Of a DNA stretch of 64,000 nucleotides, positions 7,129 through 16,803 are shown one piece after another (the stretch's first letter is position 1; each line of letters opens with the position of its first letter). The translations under genes were made by a program, and so were the position numbers. Source of the stretch: a virus. The stretch covers positions 13,136 to 77,135 of the IMG/VR virus record IMGVR_UViG_3300020045_013318; one strand, written 5' to 3'. Below the pieces are notes generated by a model. The model was not told the origin of the DNA, ran no database searches, and worked only from the letters and a program-made list of their open reading frames with translations.

Positions 7129-9969
7129 TTAATCTGGATTACCTGTTAAGTTCAGCTTTTTTGTTGGAAGAAGAACAATTTCGGCCTCATTCATGTCTCC
7201 CCCCATATTCTCATATGCAATCTTCTTTAATTTGGACGGAAGTTTGTCCAACTCAACAAAGATCTCTTCAGGAGAAACTTCCCTCTCCAGAACTTTGAAT
7301 TTCCCATACATATCCTTCCCGAAGCGATCAGCAACTTCCCTAGACGAAGTCCAGGAAGAGAACTGATCTTTCATAGAAGAATCAATTTCTTTTTGAGATG
7401 CATCTGACGCTTTGTATACTTTTATTTTGCCCAGAGGCTTATGTTCTGGCTTATTGAGAAAATCAAAGACATCTTTGGGAGGATTGTGCTGCATTCCTCG
7501 ATCTCCTTGCGTCCAGTAAGTTAGCCAAGTTTCTGCATTTTCTCTAGTAACTTTTTCCCTCTTTTGTTGTGAAATGCTGCCCATTGACTTCTTTTCAGGC
7601 TCCTGTACCCTATCATTAATGGTATTAGGCTTTTTAATAGGTCTTGCGATTTTCTGGCTCTTTTGGGTCCCCTTTCGCGATCGTTGATCTTTCAACGAAG
7701 CTGAGACTTTAGGTCCTTCAGATGCTTTGTTGTAGTCGATTGTTGGAAGATCACTCTTTGGAGCCTTCCCTGCCTTTCCAAAATCAATGACAGGAAGCTC
7801 GTCTGCAGGGATCAGAATTGGGTTTCCATTATCGATGATTTGGATATTGCCCTCACTGTCAATTCCTTCAATCTTGATCTTTCCTTTTGATTGATAGCCC
7901 TCCTCAAACGTCTTGATGTTTTCATTAGATCGCTCAGCTGCATCTCGTGTAGTTTGAGTCTTTTCTGGAAGTTTGATTGAGGATCCTGACTTGATTTCAG
8001 AACGATATGCCCCCTCCTTTGGAGCCGGGAGTGCCAATCGTGGAGCTTTGCTTTCTGCAACGGCTTTTTCGAGAATTGCAGATCGAGACGCTCCCTTGCC
8101 TGCTGCACCTCCAAGAGCACGACTGAGCATGATTCCTTGGATCCTTGAAGCCAATTCACCTCCAACAATGGTTCCAATTGCTGAGCCAGCCATTCCTCCA
8201 CTCATTCCTCCAGCAACTCCACCAGCAATATTTCCTGCGATCTGAGCAAAGTACTTGCCCATGCGGCCTCTGTTTACAATTTTGCCATCGAGACTCTCAA
8301 GGAAGTCCAAATCTTCGTAGTATTTTCCAAGCTCCTCATTGGCTTCTCGAATGTTGTATCGACTCTCTTTTTCAATGGTTCGCTTGAGTCCTTTGGCGAC
8401 TGCCTTTCTGTAGGCAGATTTGACAGGAGGAGTATTCCAGTTGATTTGAGCAGTAGTTCCAATCTTTTGACGATGAAGTTCAGCAAGATCAATTCTTCCA
8501 TCCTTGTTTGCTTTGAGTTTGTATCCCTCGATCTCTTTCTTGACATCATTGAGAGCTTTGAGGTGATCTTTCCCAGCAAGTTTACTATCTTTGACCGCTT
8601 TGATCAGGTTTCGTTCTACGACCGCAAGCTCAATGGAACGAGCTTCTTTTTCAAGAAGATCCATAACGACACTCTCTCCAGGCTCAACGTATTGAGCTTT
8701 GTACTGATCGTACGCTCCTCCAGGAGTTCTGGTTCGAATCAAGCCATTTTCGTCGACGGCTCCCACAAGAACATCTGTGTCAGCAATACGTTTACGACTG
8801 GAAGCACCTCCATCTTTAGAGTAGAGAGCATTCTTTCGCATGCCTGCATACTTTTGTTCAATTTCAAAGAGGGCTTTCTCACGACCGGCAATAACTTCCT
8901 CGGGAGTTTTGGTGAAGGGCTTTTTGATAACGTCTCCAGTTGCTTTGAATGGTGCATTGGCAACATTTTCAGCTGTCTGAACTCCTTTATTGATCACTCC
9001 TCCAACACTTTCAGGAAGAATGGCATGCTGAGCCATGAATTTTTCAACTGCTTGGGATCCTCGAGAAGCAACATCTTTCAAGATTGCGGGCGTAATGACA
9101 CCAATTGTCTTTCCAGCACCGTTGAGAAGTGGTTTCCCAACAAGATCAAGGAGTTTTCCTCCAGCAAGACCAAGGCCAGCATTGATTGCAGTTTCGGTAC
9201 TGAGGAGATCATTACCTTGCTCAAGCGACATTCCCGTTCCAAAGGCAGCTCCCCCAGACACAGGACCAAGTCCAAAGGCTGCCGTCTGCATTCCTCGTCC
9301 GACATCCTTTTTTACATCAGAGAAATTCTCTGGAACGGGAGCGACCCAATCTCCAAAGTTTCCTTTTGTGTATTTGTTGACTGTTTCTGCCGAAGCTCCA
9401 AGAAGTTCTGCTCCCGCTTGGAATGGACGAGCCAGCATTGTTGCTACAGGAGAAACAACTGCTTTGGCCATTCCTTTCCAAAAACCATCTCCCTCAGGTT
9501 GTGGTTGAGGAGCTGCTGTACTGGAAGGATTGTTAGGATCTGCAAATGCTTGACCTCCTTGCTTGACGGTCTGATAGGCGTCAGTCACCGATTTGACATA
9601 CTTAGGAACGTCATATTGGACTCCAGCGCCATTTACTCCTCGTTTGTTTTCCCATCCAACTTCTGATCCAGAGTTCCACTTTGCGGCAATTTGAGCTGGA
9701 TTAAGACCTTGATCTTTCCACGATTTGAGAACGGTGTAGGCAACCGCATTTTGATTTGAGGGAGACATCTCTGCATTTTCGTTCCCAAGAGCTTGTTTGG
9801 CGTGAGCTTTCCAAGTGTCAGGCATCCATTGGTATGCCCCTGATTCACCTGATCCACCTTTCGCATTAAAGTTGCCTCCAGATTCAGTCTGCCGGATCGC
9901 TTTTGCGAGATTTATGACATCATTATCCATCGATGGTGCTGATGGTTGTGTGGCTGGCTGTGGTGGCAT
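7129..9969 (-). CDS. internal virion/ejection protein, N-terminal lytic transglycosylase and C-terminal ADP-ribosyltransferase-like domain
   Basis: AIRQTESGGN..GAYQWMPDTW..AKWNSG; C-terminal VYKA..FSSWTS..EAEIV. Confidence 0.75.
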   Translation of the reverse strand: MPPQPATQPSAPSMDNDVINLAKAIRQTESGGNFNAKGGSGESGAYQWMPDTWKAHAKQALGNENAEMSPSNQNAVAYTVLKSWKDQGLNPAQIAAKWNSGSEVGWENKRGVNGAGVQYDVPKYVKSVTDAYQTVKQGGQAFADPNNPSSTAAPQPQPEGDGFWKGMAKAVVSPVATMLARPFQAGAELLGASAETVNKYTKGNFGDWVAPVPENFSDVKKDVGRGMQTAAFGLGPVSGGAAFGTGMSLEQGNDLLSTETAINAGLGLAGGKLLDLVGKPLLNGAGKTIGVITPAILKDVASRGSQAVEKFMAQHAILPESVGGVINKGVQTAENVANAPFKATGDVIKKPFTKTPEEVIAGREKALFEIEQKYAGMRKNALYSKDGGASSRKRIADTDVLVGAVDENGLIRTRTPGGAYDQYKAQYVEPGESVVMDLLEKEARSIELAVVERNLIKAVKDSKLAGKDHLKALNDVKKEIEGYKLKANKDGRIDLAELHRQKIGTTAQINWNTPPVKSAYRKAVAKGLKRTIEKESRYNIREANEELGKYYEDLDFLESLDGKIVNRGRMGKYFAQIAGNIAGGVAGGMSGGMAGSAIGTIVGGELASRIQGIMLSRALGGAAGKGASRSAILEKAVAESKAPRLALPAPKEGAYRSEIKSGSSIKLPEKTQTTRDAAERSNENIKTFEEGYQSKGKIKIEGIDSEGNIQIIDNGNPILIPADELPVIDFGKAGKAPKSDLPTIDYNKASEGPKVSASLKDQRSRKGTQKSQKIARPIKKPNTINDRVQEPEKKSMGSISQQKREKVTRENAETWLTYWTQGDRGMQHNPPKDVFDFLNKPEHKPLGKIKVYKASDASQKEIDSSMKDQFSSWTSSREVADRFGKDMYGKFKVLEREVSPEEIFVELDKLPSKLKKIAYENMGGDMNEAEIVLLPTKKLNLTGNPD

Positions 9970-9975
9970 AATAGT

Positions 9976-11415
9976 TTACCAATTAGTATTAACAGGACCT
10001 GCAGACGTTTGAATGACGTCTCCTCCTTGAGTCTGACCTCCTTGCCCTTGAAGTGCTGTGAGGTCGTCTCGAAGTTGAGTTAACACCTTACGTGCTTCGG
10101 CATTGCCAAGATTCCTTCCAAGAGCTGATGCAGCATTGGCAAGAAGTTTTTGCTCTGCGTCTGAAATCGCTCCTGTTCCTTTGAGGTATTTGATATTATC
10201 AAGAGAAAGGAGTCCTTTAAGTTGCTCATATTTATTCTTTGCAGTAGCAGCCTCCCCAAAGATTCCTCCAACAAACTGATCTGCTGGACCAAAGATTCGA
10301 TCAAGTTTTGGATTGGCAAGAAGTTCTCCAATAACGTCAACTGCTTGCTTGCTGATTTCTGATTGTGGTTTTGGTGTTCCTGACAAACCCTGCATCACCA
10401 TATCTTTATATTCATCTGGAATATCAGAAATCTTAGCAGTTCCATCCTGAACAGCCTTGATGTATGAATCAATTGTGGTGTTTGATCCAGGTGTGTATGT
10501 TCCTGTTGCAGCTCCCTCTCCTTGACCTCCTCCAATTCCTACCGATTCATATGATCCAGTTTCAGGATTGTATTCGTAACGAGTTTGATCTTTCCCGAGA
10601 CTGAATCCTTCTCTTTTGCTTGATTCGTCCATTATTTGATACACTCCTGCAGTTCGAGCGGCAGCACTTTCTTGGAGGGCAAGATCAGCAAGTTCTTGGT
10701 TACTCATTCGTCGTGACAAAGCTGCTCCTTGTTGAGCTGCTGCAACGGTGCCTCCTGATTTATCTAAAGCTTTTTCATATTCTCGACGAGCTTCAGTTTG
10801 TCTCTTTTCTGTCTCAGTTTGAATGTCAGCAAGTTTTTGAAGAGACGCCTCATAATTCTTTTGAGCATTTGCTTTCTCTGATGGGTTTTCTTTGTCTCGA
10901 ATATACTGGAGATACGCCTTGTATTCTGCGCTATTTTTGTAGTCTCCTCCTGAGTTTCCAGTTGCTGCTCCTGGAGTTGTCACTCCTGGAGTTCCTGTCA
11001 ATCCATTAATGTATGCCTGGCCTGCAGGTGAGGTGATTTGAGTTCCTGTTACTCCAGTTGCTGAGGTGTCTGATGGAGTTGTTTTTGGTTTTGTTGTTAT
11101 GGTGGTTTTGCCACTCGCATCAGTTCCGAGAGTTAAATTCTTTCCATAATCAAGCCACGCTTGAGAAGGCTTTGTCAAACTGAATGGATTATTTGGTCCT
11201 ATGGTTAGCTTTGATGAGTTAGTCATTGGAGTTCCAGTTGGTTGCATTCCAATCATTCCAGTTGTATTGACAGGCTTCTTTGGACCCCAAGATCCACCTC
11301 CACCTCCTCCGGCGCCAGCCCCCGCTTTGTATGTCGGAGCACCCAAATACGAACTTGAAGCACTCAGGTTGGGAGAGGTCAGAAGATTATTTTTGTATTT
11401 CGTTTTTGGGTTCAT
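9976..11415 (-). CDS. internal virion/ejection protein
   Basis: Gly/Thr/Ala/Gln-rich with coiled coil, LKGTGAISDAE motif, position after tail genes. Confidence 0.65.
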   Translation of the reverse strand: MNPKTKYKNNLLTSPNLSASSSYLGAPTYKAGAGAGGGGGGSWGPKKPVNTTGMIGMQPTGTPMTNSSKLTIGPNNPFSLTKPSQAWLDYGKNLTLGTDASGKTTITTKPKTTPSDTSATGVTGTQITSPAGQAYINGLTGTPGVTTPGAATGNSGGDYKNSAEYKAYLQYIRDKENPSEKANAQKNYEASLQKLADIQTETEKRQTEARREYEKALDKSGGTVAAAQQGAALSRRMSNQELADLALQESAAARTAGVYQIMDESSKREGFSLGKDQTRYEYNPETGSYESVGIGGGQGEGAATGTYTPGSNTTIDSYIKAVQDGTAKISDIPDEYKDMVMQGLSGTPKPQSEISKQAVDVIGELLANPKLDRIFGPADQFVGGIFGEAATAKNKYEQLKGLLSLDNIKYLKGTGAISDAEQKLLANAASALGRNLGNAEARKVLTQLRDDLTALQGQGGQTQGGDVIQTSAGPVNTNW

Positions 11416-11420
11416 GGTAA

Positions 11421-12410
11421 TTATGTTAATCCGCTAGCGTTCTGGTACGGTTGATAATATGGAGCTTGAGGCATGTTTGATGTGCTCGCAAATGGTGGAA
11501 TGTACGATCCTTCCTCAGTCTCACCCTCCGTTGCAAGCATCTGAGAGATCAATCCACCATACTCCTTGTTGTAACCCGCTTCATTTCCTCCATCGTAGAG
11601 CATCCAGTAAGTTTTTGCTCGCTGGAGATCGTTCTGATTCTGCCAATAAAGAGCAGTTGTTCGGTAGTCGATTGCTGGCTGGTACGCCTCTGGAATCACA
11701 GGAACTTGACCAATTGTATATGCGGCAGTTCCAGCAGCAATTGATGTGCCTCCATATGGTTTAAGGAGTCCAATTGAGGTTGCTGAGGTGTAGGATCCAA
11801 TCTCGTACCAGAAGCCATCTCCTCCATTTGCGGCTGTTGTTTGAGTAAACTGAATGTAGCGTCCAACCATATCTGCCGTCCACGTTGTTCCTGATCCAAC
11901 GACTGCAGTTGCTCCATTGGCGATTGAAGTAATTGTGCCAGCTGTATAGTCGGCAATTCCAAGATTTCGAACATTCAAACGTCCTCGAAGAGTGATCTGA
12001 TTTCCCGTAGTTGCGGGGACTGGCTGAATGTAGTATTTGGTATTCTCGACATAAACAAAGTATGGAACATCTTGTTCTCCAAGTTTGTATTGCTTGACGA
12101 GCTTCCATCGAGTTGGATCAAAGATCATTTCTGGAGAATAGATTGTGTCGGTTGAAGCTCCTGAGCCACTATAGATGTACATGTCAATCAGCTTTCGAAA
12201 CTTGTTTGGAATTTCATAGCCCTCCTGACTCGCAACGGTAGTCATGTTGGAAGTTGCTTCAAGAAAGCGAAGTTTGCCTCCTTGGAGAGAGCAGATTGTT
12301 CGGATTGAATCATTCATTCGCGAATCAAGAGTCGTCATTGCTGTCGTGTCAGATGTCGAGATGTTACAATTCGTTGCAATTCCATTCCGTAGTGATGTGT
12401 ATGTTTTCAT
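11421..12410 (-). CDS. head-tail adaptor/tail tubular protein-like
   Basis: TVASQEGYEIP..KLI, IQPVP, PVIPEAYQPAI pattern of podovirus adaptors. Confidence 0.6.
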   Translation of the reverse strand: MKTYTSLRNGIATNCNISTSDTTAMTTLDSRMNDSIRTICSLQGGKLRFLEATSNMTTVASQEGYEIPNKFRKLIDMYIYSGSGASTDTIYSPEMIFDPTRWKLVKQYKLGEQDVPYFVYVENTKYYIQPVPATTGNQITLRGRLNVRNLGIADYTAGTITSIANGATAVVGSGTTWTADMVGRYIQFTQTTAANGGDGFWYEIGSYTSATSIGLLKPYGGTSIAAGTAAYTIGQVPVIPEAYQPAIDYRTTALYWQNQNDLQRAKTYWMLYDGGNEAGYNKEYGGLISQMLATEGETEEGSYIPPFASTSNMPQAPYYQPYQNASGLT

Positions 12411-12412
12411 AA

Positions 12413-14242
12413 TTAAGAGGTTATTTTGATGTCTTCATTGCTGACCAAGACCAACTTCTGAAGCTCTTCATTGGTTCCCGTAAAGGTCATGCAACACTTG
12501 ATTTGAATTGCAGGGGCACTCGCTCCGATTCCCATCTGTGAGTACATATTGATTTGATCTTGAGGAACTGCGTTATTTAATTTGATCCACTTCTGGAATC
12601 GAGCCTTCCCTGTCGTTGTTGTGGCTCCAGTTGCCGTCTCGTCAATCGTTACAGTGTATGGTCCTGATCCCGTGATGTTTGTGATGTGAGCGCAAAGTCC
12701 AGATCCGACTCCCTGTATAAATTCTACCTCACCTCCGGTCGTTCCGTTAAATCCTGCTGCAGTAGGACCATATGCAGAAACATCAGTTGAGGTCGTAAAT
12801 GAGGTCGTATTAACCCATGTAATGTCTGCTAGAGTAGCATCTTCTTCGGTCACTCGATATTTACAAGTAATTGAATCAGTCGAAGAGAGAAATCGCTTGT
12901 AGACAGACCAGAGTCGCTCCCATTTGCTTTGAATTTCAGGAGTATCAATCCATGTTGTGACAAAATAACCCTTCTTTTGAACAAAGTTTCGATAATCGTT
13001 GTACCAAATTCCAAACTGAGCCGTTCCATTAGGATCGTTGTCGACGGCATACTCAGCTCCCGCAAGGAGTGTTCCATTTCGAGAAGAAGCATCATTAGGG
13101 AAATCAGCAAGAGCAAGAGCTCCAGTCTGCCAAACACGATTTTGACCCCAATCAGTCACCGTTGTCGTTCCAATTGGTGTGTACGTTAGAGCGTGCTTGT
13201 GGACAAAACCAAATTCTGGAGACCATTCCCAGATCCCCGATGGAAGATTTTCTGGATAAGTACTTCCTGAATCTTCGTAAATATTCCCAACCAAACATTC
13301 GATAGTTCCACTCTTTGTAACGACCATGCCATTATGTTGAATGAATTGATCGTTCCCAAGACTGTCTGCGTTTTTGGGAAAATCATTTGCTCCACTGCCA
13401 TTAAAGAATGGAAGTCTTCCAACTTCCTCAAATGAGGAGCCTGTAAACTTACTCAAAACTCCATTTGAATCCATAACGTAAGGAACATCATCAAGAACAC
13501 ACATTGCGAGTGCCGCATGAGCTTTGAGGAGGTAGCGCTCATTTGCTTGAGCAGCAATTCCATCCCAACGAAAGATTGTTGCTCGATATGTTTCTGATTT
13601 ATTGTTGGAAGTTCCAAGCCAAAGAGAGTCGGTTGTCTCTACCATGCACTGAATTGCATTGTCGGTTGCTTGAGTCAGACTGATTGAGTATTGACCTGCA
13701 GTGGAGTAGTAGGTTCCAGCATCGTCGACAGAATCGACATTGTCTGAATTTTGAACAATATAAAGGTGATCTGTTCGTCTGAAGTAGCACGTAATTCCTG
13801 CATTCGGACTTGCTGTGATCACAGACCACGCTCCTGTTGCAGATGATTTTGCATACCAACCATCATCATTTGAGGCCCAAAGCTTTTCATCAAAGACAGC
13901 AAGATCAGAGACTTGATCGTCGTATGTTGTTACGGCTCCAGTTGAAGTGTCTGCCTCAAATGCATCACTTGGATATCCTGAGTTTGCTCGAAAGATTCTT
14001 CCTCCCGCAATGGTCCAGATGTAGCCATCAAATTCATAAAATGCAATTGGAACAGACGTCATTGTCGCAAGGGTTGTTGTTGAGGTATTCAAAATCATGC
14101 GACCTCCAAGACGCATCACTCCTCGATTGGTCATCAAGTCAAGATTCATTGACGCCCAAATGTTTCCACTCTTTTCAGAGTCACCAATATTGCCCTGATA
14201 CCAGGTGTATGATTTGTTTGGATCTGGGTATTGGTAAATCAT
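12413..14242 (-). CDS. tail nozzle/stabilisation protein (beta-propeller-like)
   Basis: 609 aa beta-rich protein next to adaptor. Confidence 0.55.
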   Translation of the reverse strand: MIYQYPDPNKSYTWYQGNIGDSEKSGNIWASMNLDLMTNRGVMRLGGRMILNTSTTTLATMTSVPIAFYEFDGYIWTIAGGRIFRANSGYPSDAFEADTSTGAVTTYDDQVSDLAVFDEKLWASNDDGWYAKSSATGAWSVITASPNAGITCYFRRTDHLYIVQNSDNVDSVDDAGTYYSTAGQYSISLTQATDNAIQCMVETTDSLWLGTSNNKSETYRATIFRWDGIAAQANERYLLKAHAALAMCVLDDVPYVMDSNGVLSKFTGSSFEEVGRLPFFNGSGANDFPKNADSLGNDQFIQHNGMVVTKSGTIECLVGNIYEDSGSTYPENLPSGIWEWSPEFGFVHKHALTYTPIGTTTVTDWGQNRVWQTGALALADFPNDASSRNGTLLAGAEYAVDNDPNGTAQFGIWYNDYRNFVQKKGYFVTTWIDTPEIQSKWERLWSVYKRFLSSTDSITCKYRVTEEDATLADITWVNTTSFTTSTDVSAYGPTAAGFNGTTGGEVEFIQGVGSGLCAHITNITGSGPYTVTIDETATGATTTTGKARFQKWIKLNNAVPQDQINMYSQMGIGASAPAIQIKCCMTFTGTNEELQKLVLVSNEDIKITS

Positions 14243-14244
14243 AT

Positions 14245-14565
14245 TTAGACGGCAGTTAAGTCAATGCTTCCTGTAAATACTCCAGACGTTGTGGTGCAGC
14301 GGAAGTTTTGAGTAGTCAAATCGTTATAGAATCGCATCTGTCCCTCAACAGTTGGATTGGTCAGTTGAGGATAAAAGAAGACATCCTTAACACTAATCCC
14401 CGTGAAGGTGAAGTTTCGAAATGCATTATCGAGAGCGTACATAGTTGCTTTATCGAGAGGATATTTGAGTTGATTCTTCTCTTTCTCCTCCTTCCACTTC
14501 ATGAGAGCTGCGACATCTCGCTCAAGTTGGGCAATTCTTTTTTGTAAATCTTGATTGTTTGGCAT
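14245..14565 (-). CDS. hypothetical virion-associated protein
   Basis: ORF in structural operon. Confidence 0.7.
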   Translation of the reverse strand: MPNNQDLQKRIAQLERDVAALMKWKEEKEKNQLKYPLDKATMYALDNAFRNFTFTGISVKDVFFYPQLTNPTVEGQMRFYNDLTTQNFRCTTTSGVFTGSIDLTAV

Positions 14566-14566
14566 A

Positions 14567-14917
14567 TTAATAATTCAACTGACGGATCGCAATTTTAATT
14601 TCCTGAAGAACTGCCTCAATTCCTGAAAGTTTTGTTCGTATTTCTCCATTGGTAATCTCTAGAGCGTTAACTCGCTTTTCAACTGCCTCTGCTTGAATTG
14701 CCGCCTTATTTGCTGTTTCGGTTATATTTTGGATGTTGGTTTGAATTGTCCCAACCCACACTCCGACAGAAAGGAGTGCCCCAAAGAATCCAATTAGAAT
14801 CCAGAATGATTTATTCTTGAATTCCTTCCACTCTTTTTGCATTTCCTCAGCATCTTTGCGACGCTCTGGAAAAGTTGCAAGATGGTTTTCTATTTCTTTT
14901 TGAAGTATATCTGGCAT
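14567..14917 (-). CDS. single-TM coiled-coil membrane protein
   Basis: FWILIGFFGALLSVGVWVG helix followed by heptads. Confidence 0.7.
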   Translation of the reverse strand: MPDILQKEIENHLATFPERRKDAEEMQKEWKEFKNKSFWILIGFFGALLSVGVWVGTIQTNIQNITETANKAAIQAEAVEKRVNALEITNGEIRTKLSGIEAVLQEIKIAIRQLNY

Positions 14918-14918
14918 A

Positions 14919-15740
14919 TTACATTAAACCAAAGAAGTTAGAGTTGACAGCTCCTGCGGCGGCAGTAAGAGTGAGAGTTCCACTCGAGGTAAATTTCACC
15001 CACGTTTCAGAGCCTGTTGTTCCTGTACTATTTCCTCCAGTATGAGTAAATTCAGATGTGGCGTAGGCAACAATTACAACACCATCGCCCCCATCATTGT
15101 TTGGATTCTGATATGCTCCACCGCCACCACCGCCAAGTCCATCAGTTCCAGATGTACCATGTGGTCCTCCATTTGTTCCTCCATTACCTCCACCGCCGGA
15201 TCCTCCTGTTCCAAGAGTTCCTCCTGCATATGTGGCACCTCCACCACCACCAGCATATGTAACTGATGACCCTGTAATGGAATTAGCTGTACCAGCACCA
15301 CCATTTCCTGACGATGTTGTAGTTCCTGCCGCTCCAGCACTTGTTGCTCCGCCTCCGCCTCCTCCACCGTAGTTTGGAGCCGCTCCACTTGAACCACCTC
15401 CGTTTGCTCCCTGATTACCTGTGCCTCCTGCACCTCCACGACCACCTCCACCTCCACAGCCTCCGTTGCTTCCTGCCGTAGACACATTTGAGCGAGCACC
15501 ACCACCGCCACCATTCCCCGTTATGGGAGTCCCACTTGCATCAAAAACAGAGTTGCCTCCATTGGCACCATTAACGTCAGTTACTGCGCCAACTCCTCCA
15601 GCTCCAACAGTGATGGTATATGAAGTTGCAGTAACTGTTCTGGTTGCATTATATTGGTAGCCACCTCCACCTCCACCACCACCATGCCCAGAACCTGGTC
15701 CTCCTCCTCCACCTATTACTAATACCTTTGCTGTTGCCAT
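14919..15740 (-). CDS. glycine-rich domain virion protein
   Basis: LVIGGGGG, YTITVGAGG, YAGGGGG, GVVIVAY motifs. Confidence 0.8.
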   Translation of the reverse strand: MATAKVLVIGGGGGPGSGHGGGGGGGGYQYNATRTVTATSYTITVGAGGVGAVTDVNGANGGNSVFDASGTPITGNGGGGGARSNVSTAGSNGGCGGGGGRGGAGGTGNQGANGGGSSGAAPNYGGGGGGGATSAGAAGTTTSSGNGGAGTANSITGSSVTYAGGGGGATYAGGTLGTGGSGGGGNGGTNGGPHGTSGTDGLGGGGGGAYQNPNNDGGDGVVIVAYATSEFTHTGGNSTGTTGSETWVKFTSSGTLTLTAAAGAVNSNFFGLM

Positions 15741-15741
15741 G

Positions 15742-16470
15742 TTACATTATTGAAGACTTAATTGTGTGCATATCTTTAAGACCCCAGACACTATCTGATT
15801 CCTTATTTTTATTCTCAATTTTCTTGAAATTATGTTTGTATCGTGGCATTTCAAGAAAATCATAAATGTCATTCAATGTTGCCTCTGGGTTTGTCGTCAA
15901 ATCTTTATATGAAACATAATGGAAAAACGATTGATCTGGATACGTGCGTACTGTTTCATATGCCACGAGAGGCATCTCTAGTACACCACCTTTTTGCAAG
16001 ATGGCATTTCGTCGCATTTCTTTAAGAGTTAGATGTCTGTATGCCTTACTCCCATTATCAATGTCAAATTGGAAGACTCCATTTGTCTCACTCCGCTCCA
16101 TCATTCCTATGAATGAATTGACTATCTCTTCAACAGGTCTATACATCACGATAAACTTGGGCTTTTTAGTGATATACTTTTTTATTGCTTCAATATTTCC
16201 GTCGAGCGTCCACGTAAAGCACTTGTCGATTACCACATCTCTTTTTACATCTGCGTAGTAAAGTTCTGGTAGTTTACTTATGATGGGTTGTAAATCTCTT
16301 CCTGTTGCCATCATGTGACGATTGTCTTGCAACTCATTTAGATTTGCCCAAATCTGACCACATAAAGCAGAAGCTCCTTCAGTATGTATTTTAGGATTTT
16401 GATACAAAATTGAAGTAAGAAGAGTACTTCCCGTTCGAGGTAATCCAGCTAAAAAGTAGAGATTTTTCAT
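15742..16470 (-). CDS. sulfotransferase family protein
   Basis: LAGLPRTGSTLL PAPS-binding loop, IDK, IVMYRP..IVNS, VSYKDL..P. Confidence 0.85.
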   Translation of the reverse strand: MKNLYFLAGLPRTGSTLLTSILYQNPKIHTEGASALCGQIWANLNELQDNRHMMATGRDLQPIISKLPELYYADVKRDVVIDKCFTWTLDGNIEAIKKYITKKPKFIVMYRPVEEIVNSFIGMMERSETNGVFQFDIDNGSKAYRHLTLKEMRRNAILQKGGVLEMPLVAYETVRTYPDQSFFHYVSYKDLTTNPEATLNDIYDFLEMPRYKHNFKKIENKNKESDSVWGLKDMHTIKSSIM

Positions 16471-16799
16471 ACAATTTTTGACTTATCAACTGGCTCCCAC
16501 TTCTGTTTCTCTTCATTCCACTCAGACGCTTCCTCTCCAACTTTTTTCTTAATTGAAGCTTCCCATTCATCGTCTGAATTCAATACCCAAGAGCTATATG
16601 GTTTTGGGCTTATGAATTTTTTCTTTGTACCATTATAGGTATATCCAATGCCTGCTTGTCTCCCCAATCCTTTGGTGTATTTCTTATCACACTCTACCCA
16701 CTCGCTAGGGTCACCCCAAGAGCCCATATTGAGCATTTCCTGCTCAATAACAATTACTTGGTCAACTATTCCATTTGTGATGTGTGCAAAATAAGCCAT
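16467..16799 (-). CDS. conserved phage protein found beside glycine-rich fibres
   Basis: MAYFA..NGIV.QVIV, AGIGYTY, FISPKPYSSW motifs. Confidence 0.7.
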   Translation of the reverse strand: MAYFAHITNGIVDQVIVIEQEMLNMGSWGDPSEWVECDKKYTKGLGRQAGIGYTYNGTKKKFISPKPYSSWVLNSDDEWEASIKKKVGEEASEWNEEKQKWEPVDKSKIV

Positions 16800-16803
16800 A
16801 TTA

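Noticed and set aside
8446-9666. 406-aa + strand ORF
   Set aside because: Lies antisense to the ejection protein, is Ser/Phe-rich with no motifs and starts at TTG. Best explained as a shadow ORF.
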